Assembly (NCBI RefSeq): GCF_036321535.1
Contig: NC_087436.1
Location: forward strand, 4,774,001 to 4,838,000
Source: Camelus dromedarius
Lineage: Eukaryota
Direction: 5' to 3'
DNA length: 64,000 nt
Shown here: positions 37,040 to 50,430 of the stretch, piece after piece
How positions within the stretch are numbered: position 1 is the stretch's first letter
Layout of the letters: every line of letters begins with the position of its first letter
Notes under the pieces: generated by a model
Told to the model about the DNA's origin: nothing
The model's input: the letters and a program-made list of their open reading frames with translations, nothing else
Databases searched by the model: none
Made by a program: the position numbers and the translations under genes

Positions 37040-40000
37040 CAGGATGCACATAAAGCAAACTTAGTACGTTTTATAGTTGGGCTTATAACATACATAAAGG
37101 TAGTGTCTGTAATAATAATGGCAAAAGGAGGGAGGAGATGGAACTACATTGGAACAAAGTTGCTATATTATATTGAAATTCAGTTTTATCTTTAAGTAGA
37201 GTGTGATGTTAACATGTTTTTTTGTAATCTCTGGAATGACCACTAAGAAAAATAACTCAAAAACTTAGTTTAAAAAATAAGAGAGGAATTAAAATGGTAC
37301 ACTAAAAATGATTAACAGAGATAAGGCTATAAATAAGGCACAAGGATACAATATAGACATAAACTATACAGACAAAATACCTAAATGTCAAACATAAATT
37401 TTCAAAAAATGTAAATGGAATAAACACTATAGAAAAGCAGTGATTTTCAGACTTGATTAAAAAAAGTTATCTGACTTCATGCTGTCCATGGGAGATATGA
37501 TTTAGATATAGAAATACAAATAGATTCAAAGTAGAAAGATGGAAAAAGGTACTCCATGTAACCATTTACCACAATAGAACTTGTGTGGCTAGCTTGTTAT
37601 CAGGTGAAACAAACATCAAAACAAGCAACGTTACTAGAGACAGAATCAGTGCGTCATGCAGGAGGTCAGTACATCAGGAATTTATAATGATTATAAATTT
37701 AGATGAAACAAACAAAAAGAAACCTATAGAAAAATAAACAATATATTCAGAGATTTCAAGACTTTTTTCTCTTTCTATCTAGTAGGACAGCCAGACATAA
37801 AATTAGCAAGGATGTTACAGACATGAACAAGACCATAACCCTGATCTACCTATAACCCATAGAACACTCCGCCCAATGACCACAGAAGACACATTATTTT
37901 TCAAAAGTACATGGAACATTCTCCAGCATAGAACATATACTAAGCTGTAAAACAAGTCCCAACAAATTTAAAAGGACAGAAATAAAACAAAGTTTGTTTG
38001 CTACTATGAAAAAATGGAATCAGATGTCTATAATACATAGCAGTTAGGGAAATGCCCAAATATGTGAAAATACTTAAATGTTCATATATTTAAAAAATTT
38101 GAAATGCTATATAATTGATGGGCCAGAAGAGACACCTGAAGGAAATTAGAAAATATTTTGAGATTAACGAAAATAAAAGCAGAGCATACTAAAATTTATG
38201 GAATACAGGCAAAACAATGCTTAAAGGGAAAGTTACAGCTGTAAATACCAAAGTGAGAAAAAAAAAATCAAATCAAAAACCTAATCTTCCACTTTAAGAA
38301 ACTAGAGAAGGAAAAATTACGTGAAACCCAAAGCAAATAGATAAAAAATAATAAAGACAAGCACAGAAATCAATGAAATATAAAACAGAAATATAGAGAC
38401 AATTAATAAAACCAAAAGTAGGTTTTTATGATCAACATGATTGAAAGACTGTAAAGCTGATCAAGATAAAAAGAAGGAAGAAGCAAGCTACAAAAATTAT
38501 GAAGAGAGGGCATTATTCCTGACCTTAAAGGAATCAAAATGATTTTAAGGGAACATTATGAATAATTTAATGTCCAAAAACCTTTGTGTTTGAAACTCTT
38601 CTTTTAAATTAGAGAAGATAGGTCAAAGGACAAATTTCTAGAAAGGCATAATTTACTAAAACTGACCCAAGAAGAATTCAAAACAGGACCTATAACAAGT
38701 AAAGACATTAGATTAATAGTCAAAAATTTCCCACAAAGAAAAGCTAAGGTCTAAATACTTCTACTGGTGAATTTAAGCAGATATTTATAGGAGAAATAAT
38801 ACTCATCCTATGCAAATTCAGAAAATAGATGAGAGAATACTTTCCAACTCATCTATGAGGTCAGAACTATCTTGGTACCAAAACCAGACAAGGACATTAC
38901 AAGGAAAGAAGACGTTACAAGGCAAGAGCCCTTTATGCCACATGAATATAGAAGCAAAGCATTCACAAAACGTTAGGGGCGTTATGCAGTGTGACAGTCG
39001 CTTACATACAGAACACATTATGATTAAGTGAGGTTTCTCCCAGGTATACAAGGTTGGTCTACATCTGAAAATCAGTCAATATATCATATTAATAAAGGTC
39101 AAAAGCAGTACAATCATCTCAATAGATGCAGAAAAGCACAGGAATAGAAGGGAGCTTGTCCAACCTGCTAAAAGGCATTGATTAAAACTTAGTGCTAACA
39201 TCATACTTAATGGTGTAACACTGAACATTTTTCTCATAAGATCAGTAGCAAGGAATAAATGTCCACTCTCACCACTTCTATTCAACATTGTACTGTATAT
39301 TCAAGCCAGTGTAATAAGAAAATAAGTCAGGAAAAAAAAGTATACAGATCGGAAAGAGGGTAGTACAGCTTTCTTTATTCACAGATGACCTGATTCTAAA
39401 TGTATGAAATCACAAAGAATCTACAAGAAAAAAAAAAAAACCAAAAAACTGTGATATCTAAGAACTAATAAATAAGCTTAACAAAGGTGCAAAATCAAGA
39501 TACTAAAATTAATTGTTTCTATAATGGCAGCAACAAATGATGACGAAAATGACTAAAATATTTCAAATCACAACATAAAAAATTTTATGAATTCAATAAA
39601 AGATGTGCAGGACCTGTACCATGAAAACTACCAAACGTGAGGAAAGAAGATTTAAATAGATGGAGAGGCATACCAAGTGCATAGATTGGAAGAAGCAGTA
39701 TTTTGCAAATTACATTTCCCCCAAATTGATCTGTAGATTCAATGCAATGATAATCACAATTCCAGCATAGTTTTATTTTTTAGCTTCAGTCTTTGGAGAA
39801 ATTGGAAGGGTGATCTTAATATTTACAGAGAAACACGAAGAATTTAGAATGGCAAAACCATTTTGATAAAGAAGAACTAAGTTGGTGAATTTACACTACC
39901 TGAATTCAAAGCTTGCTGTAAGTAACACTAATCAAGATATCGCAGGGTATGTCTACTATTTACAGACATAAAGAGAAGCAGAATAGAATTGAGAACCCCA

Positions 40001-40093
40001 AAAATAAATCTGTTCATTTGTGGTGAACTGATTTTTATCAAAGATGCCAATGGAATTCAGTGGGGAGGGTGGTAGACTTCCCACAAATGATTG

Positions 40094-40126
<33 letters not shown>

Positions 40127-40310
40127 GCACACACACACACACTGAACTTGGGCACATCTCTCACATCATACATACAAATTTAATATAAATGGATCCCAGA
40201 CCTAAATTTAAAGTTGCAACAATAAAACTTGTAGAAGAAAACAATAGAAACATTTTTATGAACTTGGCTTAAGCAATGATTAATTTGATATGACCTCAAA
40301 ACAGAATCCT
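37040..40310 (+). mobile_element. Old L1 with decayed ORF2 (endonuclease and reverse transcriptase), ~3.3 kb
   Basis: EN start AATGTAAATGGAATAAAC (~37410); RT motifs CPLSPLLFNIVL (~39260-39295) and LSLFTDDLIL (39369-39398); many stops and frameshifts. Confidence 0.93.
40094..40142. repeat. Imperfect (CA)n microsatellite inside L1
   Basis: Read directly. Confidence 0.92.
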
Positions 40311-41514
40311 TTAAAAACAAACCATAACAACCCCTTACTCAGATTTGAAAACTGGAAGATGAAGCCGTTGATGCTGAACTTGGTTCTGTGTATCGATCCT
40401 CATGCTTCAGGTGGTTGGCATGGGCTGCTGCCCTCTTTAGAAAAGGGACTATGCTGGGATCCTAGAGGCGCCAAAATGTAAAAGGCAAACTTCTATGTTC
40501 GCTCAAGAAACGTGTGTTTAGGGGGCATGTCCGTGATTGTCTTGGGAGGCTGGAGGGTGAGGCGACGCAGTGCTGAAGGGGGTTGTGGGAACATCCACAA
40601 ATACGAAGGGGAATATGTCACAGGATCCTACTGAGCATTATTATCAAATTTCATAGACACAAGTATCAGATGTACGTAGTAACTCTTGTTACATGCCGTA
40701 CCAGCGCTCACCTACTGAGCTGGCTCCTTGTTGCGGTTTCTTTGGTTTCTCATTGCTACAGCCAGGCTTACGATCCTCATAGACGTACTCATCATTCCAT
40801 CGTATTCTGCAAATTTTCATGTTGGTCTGAATGAACAGATGATGTGAACATGTGTTGACGGTGGTGATGAAAAGCTAATATTTTTATTTGCTGGAACAAT
40901 TGCCTTCTGGATGCCATGCTTTTAGTTTTTCTAAAAATGACAATATTTAAATGTGGATTCTTCTGTGAATTCTAAGTAGTTGTTAATTATAGCAGGTTGC
41001 TAATTATACCAAGGCAATTGCGTTGTAATCCTTTATAGCATCTTTCCTTGTACACATCATTTTTGACTTTACATAAGCACTAGGTGTCAATGCTATATTT
41101 TCTTCGTATGATCTCAAGAGCCTGACTGGGGGTTTATTTTATTCACGGTACCTAAAAGTCCTTCATTTTTCTTGTTTCCCCTTTAAAATTTAGTTGTTTT
41201 AACAAATGTTGTTTTCCATCACATATTTCTGTTCTTATATAACAATAAGCATAGTTTTCTTTTACTCGCTCTTGTTTTTAAATAAAAAGGGGTAGACAAA
41301 AAATGTCTCTGGACGAGGTAAAGTGAACAATAAATAACTATTTTTGGATGCACTTTAAAGGAGGATGTAAAAGGTGAATACAATCTCTAAATCTGTATTC
41401 TTCAACAAGATTCGTCGGTTCCAGCCTGAATGCTGAATGCTTGGGGCTAAGTGTGAACTCACTCGCATACACAAAAGCTCCTTTGCGGGTCCTTTACTTC
41501 ATGGCAGTTACGGT

Positions 41515-42705
41515 GCTGCTGTTAAACTCGACCCTCCACCTACGCTGCAGTCGGGCGACCGTGGCTGGAGGAAGCGCACACATCGTACCCGCGCCAACTG
41601 GCCTCGCTTGAAGTTTATTTGCTGATCTTTAGTGAACCCCGGTCCAAATGCCAGGCTGTACTGCTCTGTATTCGCTCCTCAACTCTCCACATTAGCTGCG
41701 TTACAGTCTCTCTTCTCTTCTGAAATCTTCTCCGCCTCTCTCATCATCCGCACTCTCAGCTGATGAGCTCAGTTTCTATTTCACCGAGAAACAAGCTGCC
41801 ATCAGAGCCGGAGCAGGAGCGCATCTGGGCGTGCTTGCTTTCCGCTCCCTCCTGGGCGATGAACGCGCTGTCTGCACCCCTAACCAGGACGACACCTCCT
41901 TCTGTAATCAGAGCCGGTCCTGTGTGCCTGCTGAGGACATTGTCATAGCATTTCTTTCCTTCCTCTGGTGCCTCATCGTTTTTCTTCCTGTATTTCCTCT
42001 TCCTCACCACACATACAGGCTACTGCTCTCCTTTATTACATCAAGACAAAACAAATAAAAACAACACTTTTCACTCCTTACCTGTTCCAACGATCACCCT
42101 CTTTCTTCCATTTACAGCAAAACTCTTCCCAGAGTAACGTCTAACCCTCATGCCAGTCTCTCTCCTCCCGTGTTCTTTGGAATCTTCTTTACTCGCATTT
42201 TCCACCCTTGCCTCTCACCCGGGTCTTCAGTCACTGCCCACTGCTTACATGGTTCTCAGCCCTCACTGCGCTGGACCAGCTCTCTGGACATACTTGGCCC
42301 TTCTCTTGCCATTTGGTGGGTACTTCCCACTCATGTTTGGTGCCGTCTCCTCCTCTACCAAACCTGCTAGTTGTGGTTGGCTCACAGGGCTGAGTTCTTT
42401 GACTTCTCTTCCTGTTTAAACTCTGCCTCTAAGTGTTGAGCTCATGTTTTTAAGTGATGTTAACATGCCAGTGACCCCCAAATGCACACTGCCAGCCAAG
42501 ATGGGTGACTGTTAGGCATCCAATCTCAACACATCTCAAACTGAACTCCTCCTGAAGCCAGCTGCCCCTGAGCCTTCTCCATCTTGGTAAATGTCAGCAC
42601 CATTTTTCCAGCTGCTCGGTTCAAAACTGAATAGATCTTTCACTCTTTCTCTCACTCCCCATGTTCAGTTCAGAAGCAAATCAAAATGTGTCCAGAATCT
42701 GGTTC
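41515..42705 (+). mobile_element. L2 LINE, internal ORF2 region to near the 3' end
   Basis: CGTGGCTGGAGGAAGCGCACAC...CACTCTCAGCTGATGAGCTCAGTTTCTATTTCACCGAGAAA and CAAACTGAACTCCT...CCATCTTGGTAAATG match the L2 consensus. Confidence 0.8.
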
Positions 42706-42749
42706 TACCATAGTTATTTTTCTCTCAGAAGAAGATGATGGCTTTCTGT

Positions 42750-43197
42750 GAAGCCCATGGGCTCCAAATCAAAGTAATTCTTTTAAGTGCACAAAATAAA
42801 ATAGTGACGTTAAAAGAACAACCAGTTATATTGAAAAATATGTTATCTAATTATGAATCTACCAAATTTGTGATATATTAATGTGCCTTGTTTTTCCTTT
42901 GTGAATTAAATAGCAAGATATAGCAGTAGCTTTCAAAATTCTGGAGAAATAATAATCATTAACTCTATTTTAAGATACCTGGGATATGAAAATATCTGTG
43001 CTTTCTATTCATAACAAACTCACAAATACTGCTACTACACATGTAGTTTGTAGTCTGCCTTCATGATAGAAGGAAACGCTATCTTATAGTTAAAAGTTAG
43101 GGAAAATAAGGGTGTAATTTACCCCATTCAGGCTCACAGACCCTGCTTCTTTCCACGGAACCCTTGGTCCCATGACCCTTAGGTTAGAAAATTGCTG
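42750..43197. mobile_element. hAT-Charlie DNA transposon relic (Charlie4a-like)
   Basis: GTTAGGGAAAATAAGGGTGTAATTT...TCACAGACCC...CCACGGAACCC...AGGTTAGAAAATTGCTG terminal region. Confidence 0.6.
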
Positions 43198-43304
43198 TTT
43201 AAGGCATTATAAGAATAGGCACTGCTTTACCTGGGTCCAGGAAGGTCTGAGTTTCCATAGACCAAAGGGAGAAACACCATTCTGTCCTCTGCTTCGACAA
43301 GACT

Positions 43305-43552
43305 GGATACTCTAGGTCCCTCATAGAAGTGCAATCATGCAGTATGGGTCTTTTGGCTTATTTGCTTAACATAACATGCTCTAGGCTCAACCATGTTGTT
43401 ACCAATGGCAAGATTTCCTTCTTTTTATACTATTCCATTGCATGTATATACCATATTTTCTTCATCCATTCCCCTGTCAATGGACACTTGGGTTGTTTCC
43501 ATAACTTGGCTATTGTGAACAAGGCTGCAATGAACACATTAAATGTTCTTAC

Positions 43553-43602
<50 letters not shown>

Positions 43603-43790
43603 AACAAAATAATAAAACCAAAGGGAAGCAAAGAAACTTTTGCAGGTGGTGGATGTATCTACTGCCTTGACTATGATGATTTTTTTTTCATGGGTTTATG
43701 CATAAGCCCAAACTCATCAAATTGCACACATTAAATACATACAGGTTTTGGTGTATAAACAACTTCTCAATAAAGCTGTTTCAGAAAAAA
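43305..43790. mobile_element. 5'-inverted L1MA-type 3' end containing (CA)~20
   Basis: 43305-43540 is antisense (GGACACTTGGGTTGTTTCCATAACTTGGCTATTGTG); 43541-43790 is sense, ending CTCAATAAAGCTGTTT plus A-rich tail; (CA)n at 43559-43598. Confidence 0.82.
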
Positions 43791-44139
43791 GGAGACAAAA
43801 TAGAAGAAGCCCAACCAATGTGTCAGTTCCCAACAAGAAAGTGGAACATATGACTTTTGGTCACATTTTATTGGTGAAAACTTGGTTCCATGTTTACCTT
43901 TAACTTCAAGGATACTTAAGAAATATCTTCTAGCAGAGGAACTATTATGCATAGCTTTAATTCTATTTCTACGGAGGAAAGAAAAAAAGCACACATTTGG
44001 GTAGATAATCAGCACAACTCTAATACTCTTTTTTGGGTTAAGGAAAAAATCATTTAACCAAATTGGTTAGGATATTATTATGATGATAAAATTGTATGCA
44101 TGCTTTTTTTTTTTGCTTCTATGGAAACGACCGTATGAA

Positions 44140-44880
44140 TATTTCTTCCCTAGTCCATAAGAATTCCATTTGACTAATGTTAATTATTCCTTGCATTCCA
44201 GGAATTAATTAAAATTCATGATTTGTCTATTGACTCTATCCTGAATTCAATTTGCTAAAACATTTTTAGGATTTTTGCATATCTGTTCATCAATGAGACT
44301 GAATTTAATTTCCCTTTTCAGTGTAGTCTCTATCCAGTCTTAACACTAACGAAATAATATGTGGATCATCAGTAAAGTGATCTGAGGGTCTTGCCAGAGG
44401 TTTGTCTGTTTTTCAGTCTTATCCAAGGTCATCTTTGGCTAGTTGAATTTCTCCTCATTAATAATCTCCTTTTGCTTTTGCATTAATTACGATTCTTATC
44501 CTTATAACTTACCTTTTTTTCAAATTATTGCCGGTTTCCTAAGTTCTTAACTTTTTAATTATATGCTCAAATCAATCTTTAGGCCAAATTTTTAACAAAT
44601 AAGCATTTAATGTTTTCTCTAAGTACTGTTTTTATATGTCTTATTATTCTTTGCAGTCAATTCTAAGTATTTACTAGTTTGCATAATATTTCATTCTTTG
44701 TCTCCTGGTTTATTTAGAAGTTTATTTAATAAAAATTCTAAACACATAAAATTAATAAATTTATCTTCTTATATTAATTTCCAATACATTTACATTGTGA
44801 TAAAGAAATACAGTCTTATATTCTCCAGTGTTTGGAATTTTTTAGATTTATTCCAACTCTAAATGTTTTAGAATAAATGT
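44140..44880 (-). mobile_element. Ancient L1 ORF2 fragments
   Basis: CCTTGCATTCCAGGAAT...TTTGCTAAAACATTTTTAGGATTTTTGCATATCTGTTCAT. Confidence 0.7.
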
Positions 44881-44914
44881 TATAAATGTTATAGGATAAC
44901 AGGACATGGTTAAC

Positions 44915-45950
44915 CAGCATAAAATGTCAACTCACACAATGGGAGAAAATATTCGCTAATCACATATATTTAATAAGGGATTAATATATTATTAATACAT
45001 TAATATATTAATCAATATATATTAATCTAATAAGGGATTAATATCCAGTGTATGTTGACAACTTCTAAAATTCAACAACATGAAAAACCAGCAACCTAAT
45101 TCAAAAATGGTCAAAGGACGTGAATAGACATTTCTCCAAGGAAGATATACAGATGGTCAATGAGGACATGAAAAGATACTCGGCATCACTAAGTATTAAG
45201 GAAGTACAAATCAAAACTACAATTAGATGCCACCCCACAACCATTAGGATGTCTTCCATCTGAAAAACCAGAAACAAGTGTTGGTGAGGATGTGGAGAAA
45301 TTGGAACTTTGAGCTCTGTAGGTGGGAATGTAAAACGGTGCAGCTGCTGTAGGAAACAGCATGGCGCTTCCTCAAAGAATTAAAAATAGAATTATCATAT
45401 GATGTAGCAATTCTGTTTCTGGGTGTACACTGAGGGAATTACACCCAGACTCCTGAAGAGAGATTTGTACACCCTGTCACAGACGCATTATTCACAGTAG
45501 CTGAAACATGGGTGCAACCTAAGTGTCCATCAACATGTGGATGGGAGGCAGACTGTGGTGTGTGTATACCGTGTATATATACCGATTATTCAGTCTTAAG
45601 AAGAAAGGAAATTCTGACGTGCTACTGACGGATGAACCTTGAGGACATTATGCTCAGTGTAATAAACCAGTCCCCCAAATACAAACACTATGTAATTCGT
45701 CTTATATGAAGTACTTAGGGTACTCAAAAATCAGAGACGGAAAATGGCATGGTGATTGCCCAGAGCTGGGGGGATGTGGAAATGAAGAGTTACTATTAAA
45801 TGGATAGAGTTTCAGTTTTACAAGATGCAGAGTTCTGGTGGTAATGTAGCACATTGTAAGTATATTTAATATCATTCAACTGTACACATAAGAACAGTTA
45901 AGATGCTATGTTATTTGTATTATACCACAGCAAAAAAAAGGAAAAAAATT
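44915..45950 (+). mobile_element. L1MB-like 3' end (ORF2 C-terminus plus 3' UTR)
   Basis: GAATAGACATTTCTCCAAGGAAGATATACAGATGG...GGATGAACCTTGAGGACATTATGCT...AGAGTTTCAGTTTTACAAGATG plus A tail. Confidence 0.92.
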
Positions 45951-47199
45951 GCATAAAGAAACTTTAGAACATTCACCATGGACACCTGTATTTTTCTTTT
46001 CATTCATCTGTAATTTATATTGTTAGACAATGTGTTTGTGTTGCTTGTGTAACTTAAAAAATGGAAGTATCCTATTTATTGATTATTTTCACCCAGGTAT
46101 TTGCCTTTTGGGGAAAGTGGAAGGCAGAGTTGTTATTTTACATGCAAAGAATTCCTTTATAGAGATCCCAGGAAAATCAATCTTTTTACTTTCTTGATGT
46201 TGAAAAATCATAGCCCATGAGACAGATTTATGGCAAGATTATCCATCTTAGATTCAATTAGCATGGAATTTCCCAAACCATTTTGGTTCTTTGAGGCAAA
46301 ATAAATGTAACAGGAACTGTGCTAATTAAATAAATAGCACCCAGTTAGAGTGAAATGTGAAGGTAGCAGATGGGCTGTGTTTATTTACAGGGGAGCTCAA
46401 CGGCATTTGGGGCAGAAGTTTCCCAGTTCACTAAAAGCCATCATATGCACTTTGGAAGAGTCAGAGTGCTCCCTCCTCCGCCTGTCATGTCACTGTTGTT
46501 AGAAAGACCCGGGGGTCAAGGAGATGTAAAGGGGTCCCTGGGAAGACAGGCTGTTCCCACTGAAACTGGAAGTGTCTCAGGCCAGGTCTTCAGGTCAAAG
46601 GGCAGAGGTGAGATCGCAGCATGTGCACACAACTCAGGAGGACCACGCCAGGAGAGAGGAAGCAACCGGATCAGGGGAACAAAACATGGCATGAAGCTGC
46701 AAGTTTAGGGAAAACAACAGACCAGAGCCAGGGACACAGCAGAGCTGAATACAAACCCGCAAAAGAAATACGTGTTGTAGCAGAGGGAAGGTGGCTGGCT
46801 GTTCGTGTCGGGGACCGAGACGTTGAACCTCTCCCTTCTGTCTGCAAACAGTTTGACTTTGGAACATTTATTTAATCTTTTTCATTCTCAGCACCTCTGA
46901 GAATAATGGGTAAAACATTCCCATTTTTAAGTATGATGGATAAACCGGCAAATACTCATCACTCGGTGGATAATAGTGATCACCATGGCCACGTGTGGGG
47001 TGTGTGGAATACACAGAGGCGGGAGAGAGTTCTCGTGGACAAACCCTCACTGAACTCTGCAGATGCCTGATGCTACCCCGGCTCCTCTCAGATTCATAAA
47101 GCAGTGAGTTCCTTTGGGACAGTCGGATTATTCAGATAAGGGGAATACCAGCAGAAGGGCCACAGAGACTGGGATATGCAAGTGAGCTGTGGATTAAAA

Positions 47200-47302
47200 A
47201 TGACTGAAAACGAATATATGTGTGTATGTGCATGACTGGGACATGGTGCTGCACACCAGAAATTAACACATTGTAACTGACAATACTTCAATAAAAAAAA
47301 AA
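47200..47302 (+). mobile_element. Very short camelid-type L1 3' end
   Basis: GCATGACTGGGACATGGTGCTGCACACCAGAAATTAACACATTGTAACTGACAATACTTCAATAAAAAAAAAA; homologous to 49740-49835. Confidence 0.88.
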
Positions 47303-48101
47303 TTGTTGTGATTTATATCAGATTTATCATGGACCATTTAGAGATTTATAAATGCTAATTTCTGTAATTTAACCCAGGCAAACGGAAGAAACAGAGAAAG
47401 GAAGAGAGAGAGAAATGCCTAAACAGCCATTTTATCTGACATTATATATTTATGTATGTAATATACACTCCTAGGCTTGAGTACATCTGTGTCTGTAACA
47501 GAGTCTGAATGTCTGTTGGCGCCTCTCACCCTGCGACCTCCCGCAGGGCAGGCACCGTTATTACCCACGTTTCACAGATGAGGAGGCTGAGGACAAGAGG
47601 ACAAGACTGGAAGTCAGCCTTGTTCTAGAATCGAGAGCAGTTAACGCCCCTCGTCTACGGCATCTCAAAGCGGGAACCCGCGACGGTGACTGCACTCGAG
47701 GAAACCGCCGCACTCCACGTGGATCTCCTGCACGTTCACGGTCGTCGCTGCGACGCTGTGCGGGCTGCTTGGAAGCCCTGCAGCTCTGATTCAGTACGAG
47801 CCCTGCACTCACATTTCAATAATTCAGTGAATGTTTCCTGGATGTCGATCATGTGCCATATTTTACTCACTATGCCTTATTTTGAATAAAATTGAAGCCT
47901 CTGATTACAGTAATTGCTGAATTAATAATTAATCAGCAATTTTCTTCAGAAGTGATTGGACCAAGACAGCTTTGAAAGGACTGCTTTAAGAAATCTTGAT
48001 TTTAAAAAGGAAGAGTGGGGACTGATGTGAATTCAGTTCAAGATTTAAACAACTTTGAGTATAAATGACAAAAACAATATTTTCCTGTTGTTAAATAAAT
48101 A

Positions 48102-48104
<3 letters not shown>

Positions 48105-48150
<46 letters not shown>
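48105..48150. repeat. (GT)23 microsatellite
   Basis: Read directly. Confidence 0.97.
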
Positions 48151-48152
<2 letters not shown>

Positions 48153-49196
48153 GGGGTGATATTTACTCAGAACAGGAGAATCCTGACATTACACACTCAG
48201 AAATGATGCAAATTTGAATGTAATGCAATTGGCAACTGTCTTTGTTCCCCCACTGGGGTTCTCAAATACAGGCAGTCTGAAGTTCTTTCCTTCTGGACAC
48301 TTAGATTAGGGGGAGATTTAGAGAGAATAGCAAGATCTAGACAGAAAAGAGCAGAAAATTCCTTTTTCAAAGCAGGAGGCAGTCAAGTTCCCAGGATTCT
48401 CCAACTAGCTTGATATTCAAGCTCACTGCAGTGACCACATTAACCTCACAATAATGCAATCTTGCCTTCTGTTTGATTGTATTTTTGAACCTTATTTATT
48501 TTGCAATGGAGGAATTACATTGTGAAGAGTTAACCTATTTTATTCCATGCGAATCTAAATTATGATAAAAACACAGATATGTAAATAATGAAATAGACAC
48601 ACATATACGCTTGGTCTTATTTGCCACTAGATTTCAGTTTTGTGTTGTTTCTGACTTCTTTTGTTACAGCTGGTGTAGTTTAGAAATCCTGCATCTGAAA
48701 ATGCATGAGAAGGAGGCTTTTTGGTGGAAGGCAGAAATTAAAAAGAAAATTTCTTAACCTTCATTTATATTCTGAAATAGGGGAAGATAACTCTCACTAC
48801 TTATGTTAGGATTCTATTTTCTTAATTTGCAATAAAGCAAAATAGAGAACTTCGCTTTCCTTTGATTGAGAATCAGAGATTGTATGAATGTAATTAACTA
48901 GCACGTAGCAAACTCCCATCTTTCAATTTTATGAAAGGTCAAAAGTTATCTAACACACTTTCTTCTATTGAGAGGAAATTAAATGAAAGTTTGACTGTTA
49001 CTGAGTCCAAGTTTAGAAAAAAGACACAAGACTTGAGCTGAATGTGCTCAACAACTTTGGTGGAAATGGTGTCTGAGGAGCAGGCTAGAAGCAGGAAGAG
49101 GTGGACCCACTGTTAGGGGCAGAGAAGAGGAAACCAGGAAAGACAAGTGGTGCGAACTCTGTTCTGCTCATAGATTGTCATAAAATTGACCCCACA

Positions 49197-49840
49197 CTTA
49201 CCCTGTGGTCTGGTAACCCCACTCCTGGGCATATGTTTGGAAGGAACTCTAATTCCAAAACACACATGCACCCCAATGTTCACAGCAGCACTATATATGA
49301 TAGCCAAGACATGGAAGCAACCTAAATGTCCATTGACAGATGACTGGATAAAGAAGTTGTGGTATATTTATACAATGGAATACTACTCAGTCATAAAAAG
49401 GAATGAAATAATGCAGCAGCAACATGGATTGACCAAGAGACTTTCATACTAAGTGAAGTAAGCCAGAAGGAGAAAGAAAAATACCATATGATATCACTCA
49501 TATGTGGAATCTAAAGTATGACGCAAATTAACGTTTACAAAACAGAAACAGACTCACAGACATAGTAAACAATCTTATGGCTACCGGGGGAAAGGTGGGG
49601 GGAAGGGATAAATTTGGGAGTTTGAGATTTGCAAATGTTAACCACCATATATAAAAATAGATTTAAAAAAATTTCTTCTAGATAGCCCAGAGAACTATAT
49701 TCAATATCTTGTAATAACCTTTAATGAAAAAGAATATGAAAAGGATTATATGTATGTATATGCATGACTGGGACATGATGCAATACACCAGAAATTGACA
49801 CAACATTGTAAACTGACTATACTTCAATAAAAAAGGAAGA
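49197..49840 (+). mobile_element. Young L1 3' end (~640 bp)
   Basis: Encodes the ORF2 C-terminus TCTPMFTAALYMIAKTWKQPKCPLTDDWIKKLWYIYTMEYYS; A tail; degenerate TSD AAAATTGACCCCACA (49182-49196) / AAAATGTACTCCACA (49841-49855). Confidence 0.93.
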
Positions 49841-49999
49841 AAAATGTACTCCACAAAGAAAGGAACTCTCATTCTGTCTGCTGGGGAGGGTCAGTTGATT
49901 TTGAGTCTTCCAAGGTCCCTTGTTAAAAGGAGGGAGAGGGAAGGGGAGGACTGTCGGTCACTATGGAATGATGGATGATAAACTTCTCTTGTTTAAGAT

Positions 50000-50430
50000 G
50001 GAACAACACGGTGGACACAACCCAAATATTCATCAACAGGTGAGTGTAAACAAAACGTGGTACATACATCCAATGGAACATTATTCAGCCTTAATGAGCA
50101 ATGAAATTCTGACACGTGTTACAACGTGGATGCATCTTGACACAAAAGGACAAATGTAGTGTCATTCCACTTACATGAGGTACCTAGAAAAAGCAAATTC
50201 AGAGACAAAAAGTATACTAGCGTTTCCTGGGCACTGGGGGGAGGCGGGGAGGAGGGAAGGGGGAGTTACTGTTTAATGGGTACAGAGTTTCTGTTTGGGA
50301 AGATGAGAAAGGTTCCAGAAATGGACAGCAGTGGTGGTTGCACAATGTTGTGACTGTACTTAATGCCAGAGGGTGGTACACCTAAAAATGGTAAAAATGG
50401 TACATTTACATATGTCCAGATACATCACAA
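50000..50430 (+). mobile_element. L1MB-like 3' UTR
   Basis: CAATGGAACATTATTCAGCCTTAA...GGGAGTTACTGTTTAATGGGTACAGAGTTTCTGTTTGGGAAGATGA. Confidence 0.9.

Noticed and set aside
41437..41950. CpG-containing stretch that looked exon-like
   Set aside because: Matches the internal L2 ORF2 consensus
49186..49452. ORF with clear protein similarity (also 43430-43621 and 39076-39288)
   Set aside because: L1 ORF2 fragments or their antisense translations; truncated and not host genes
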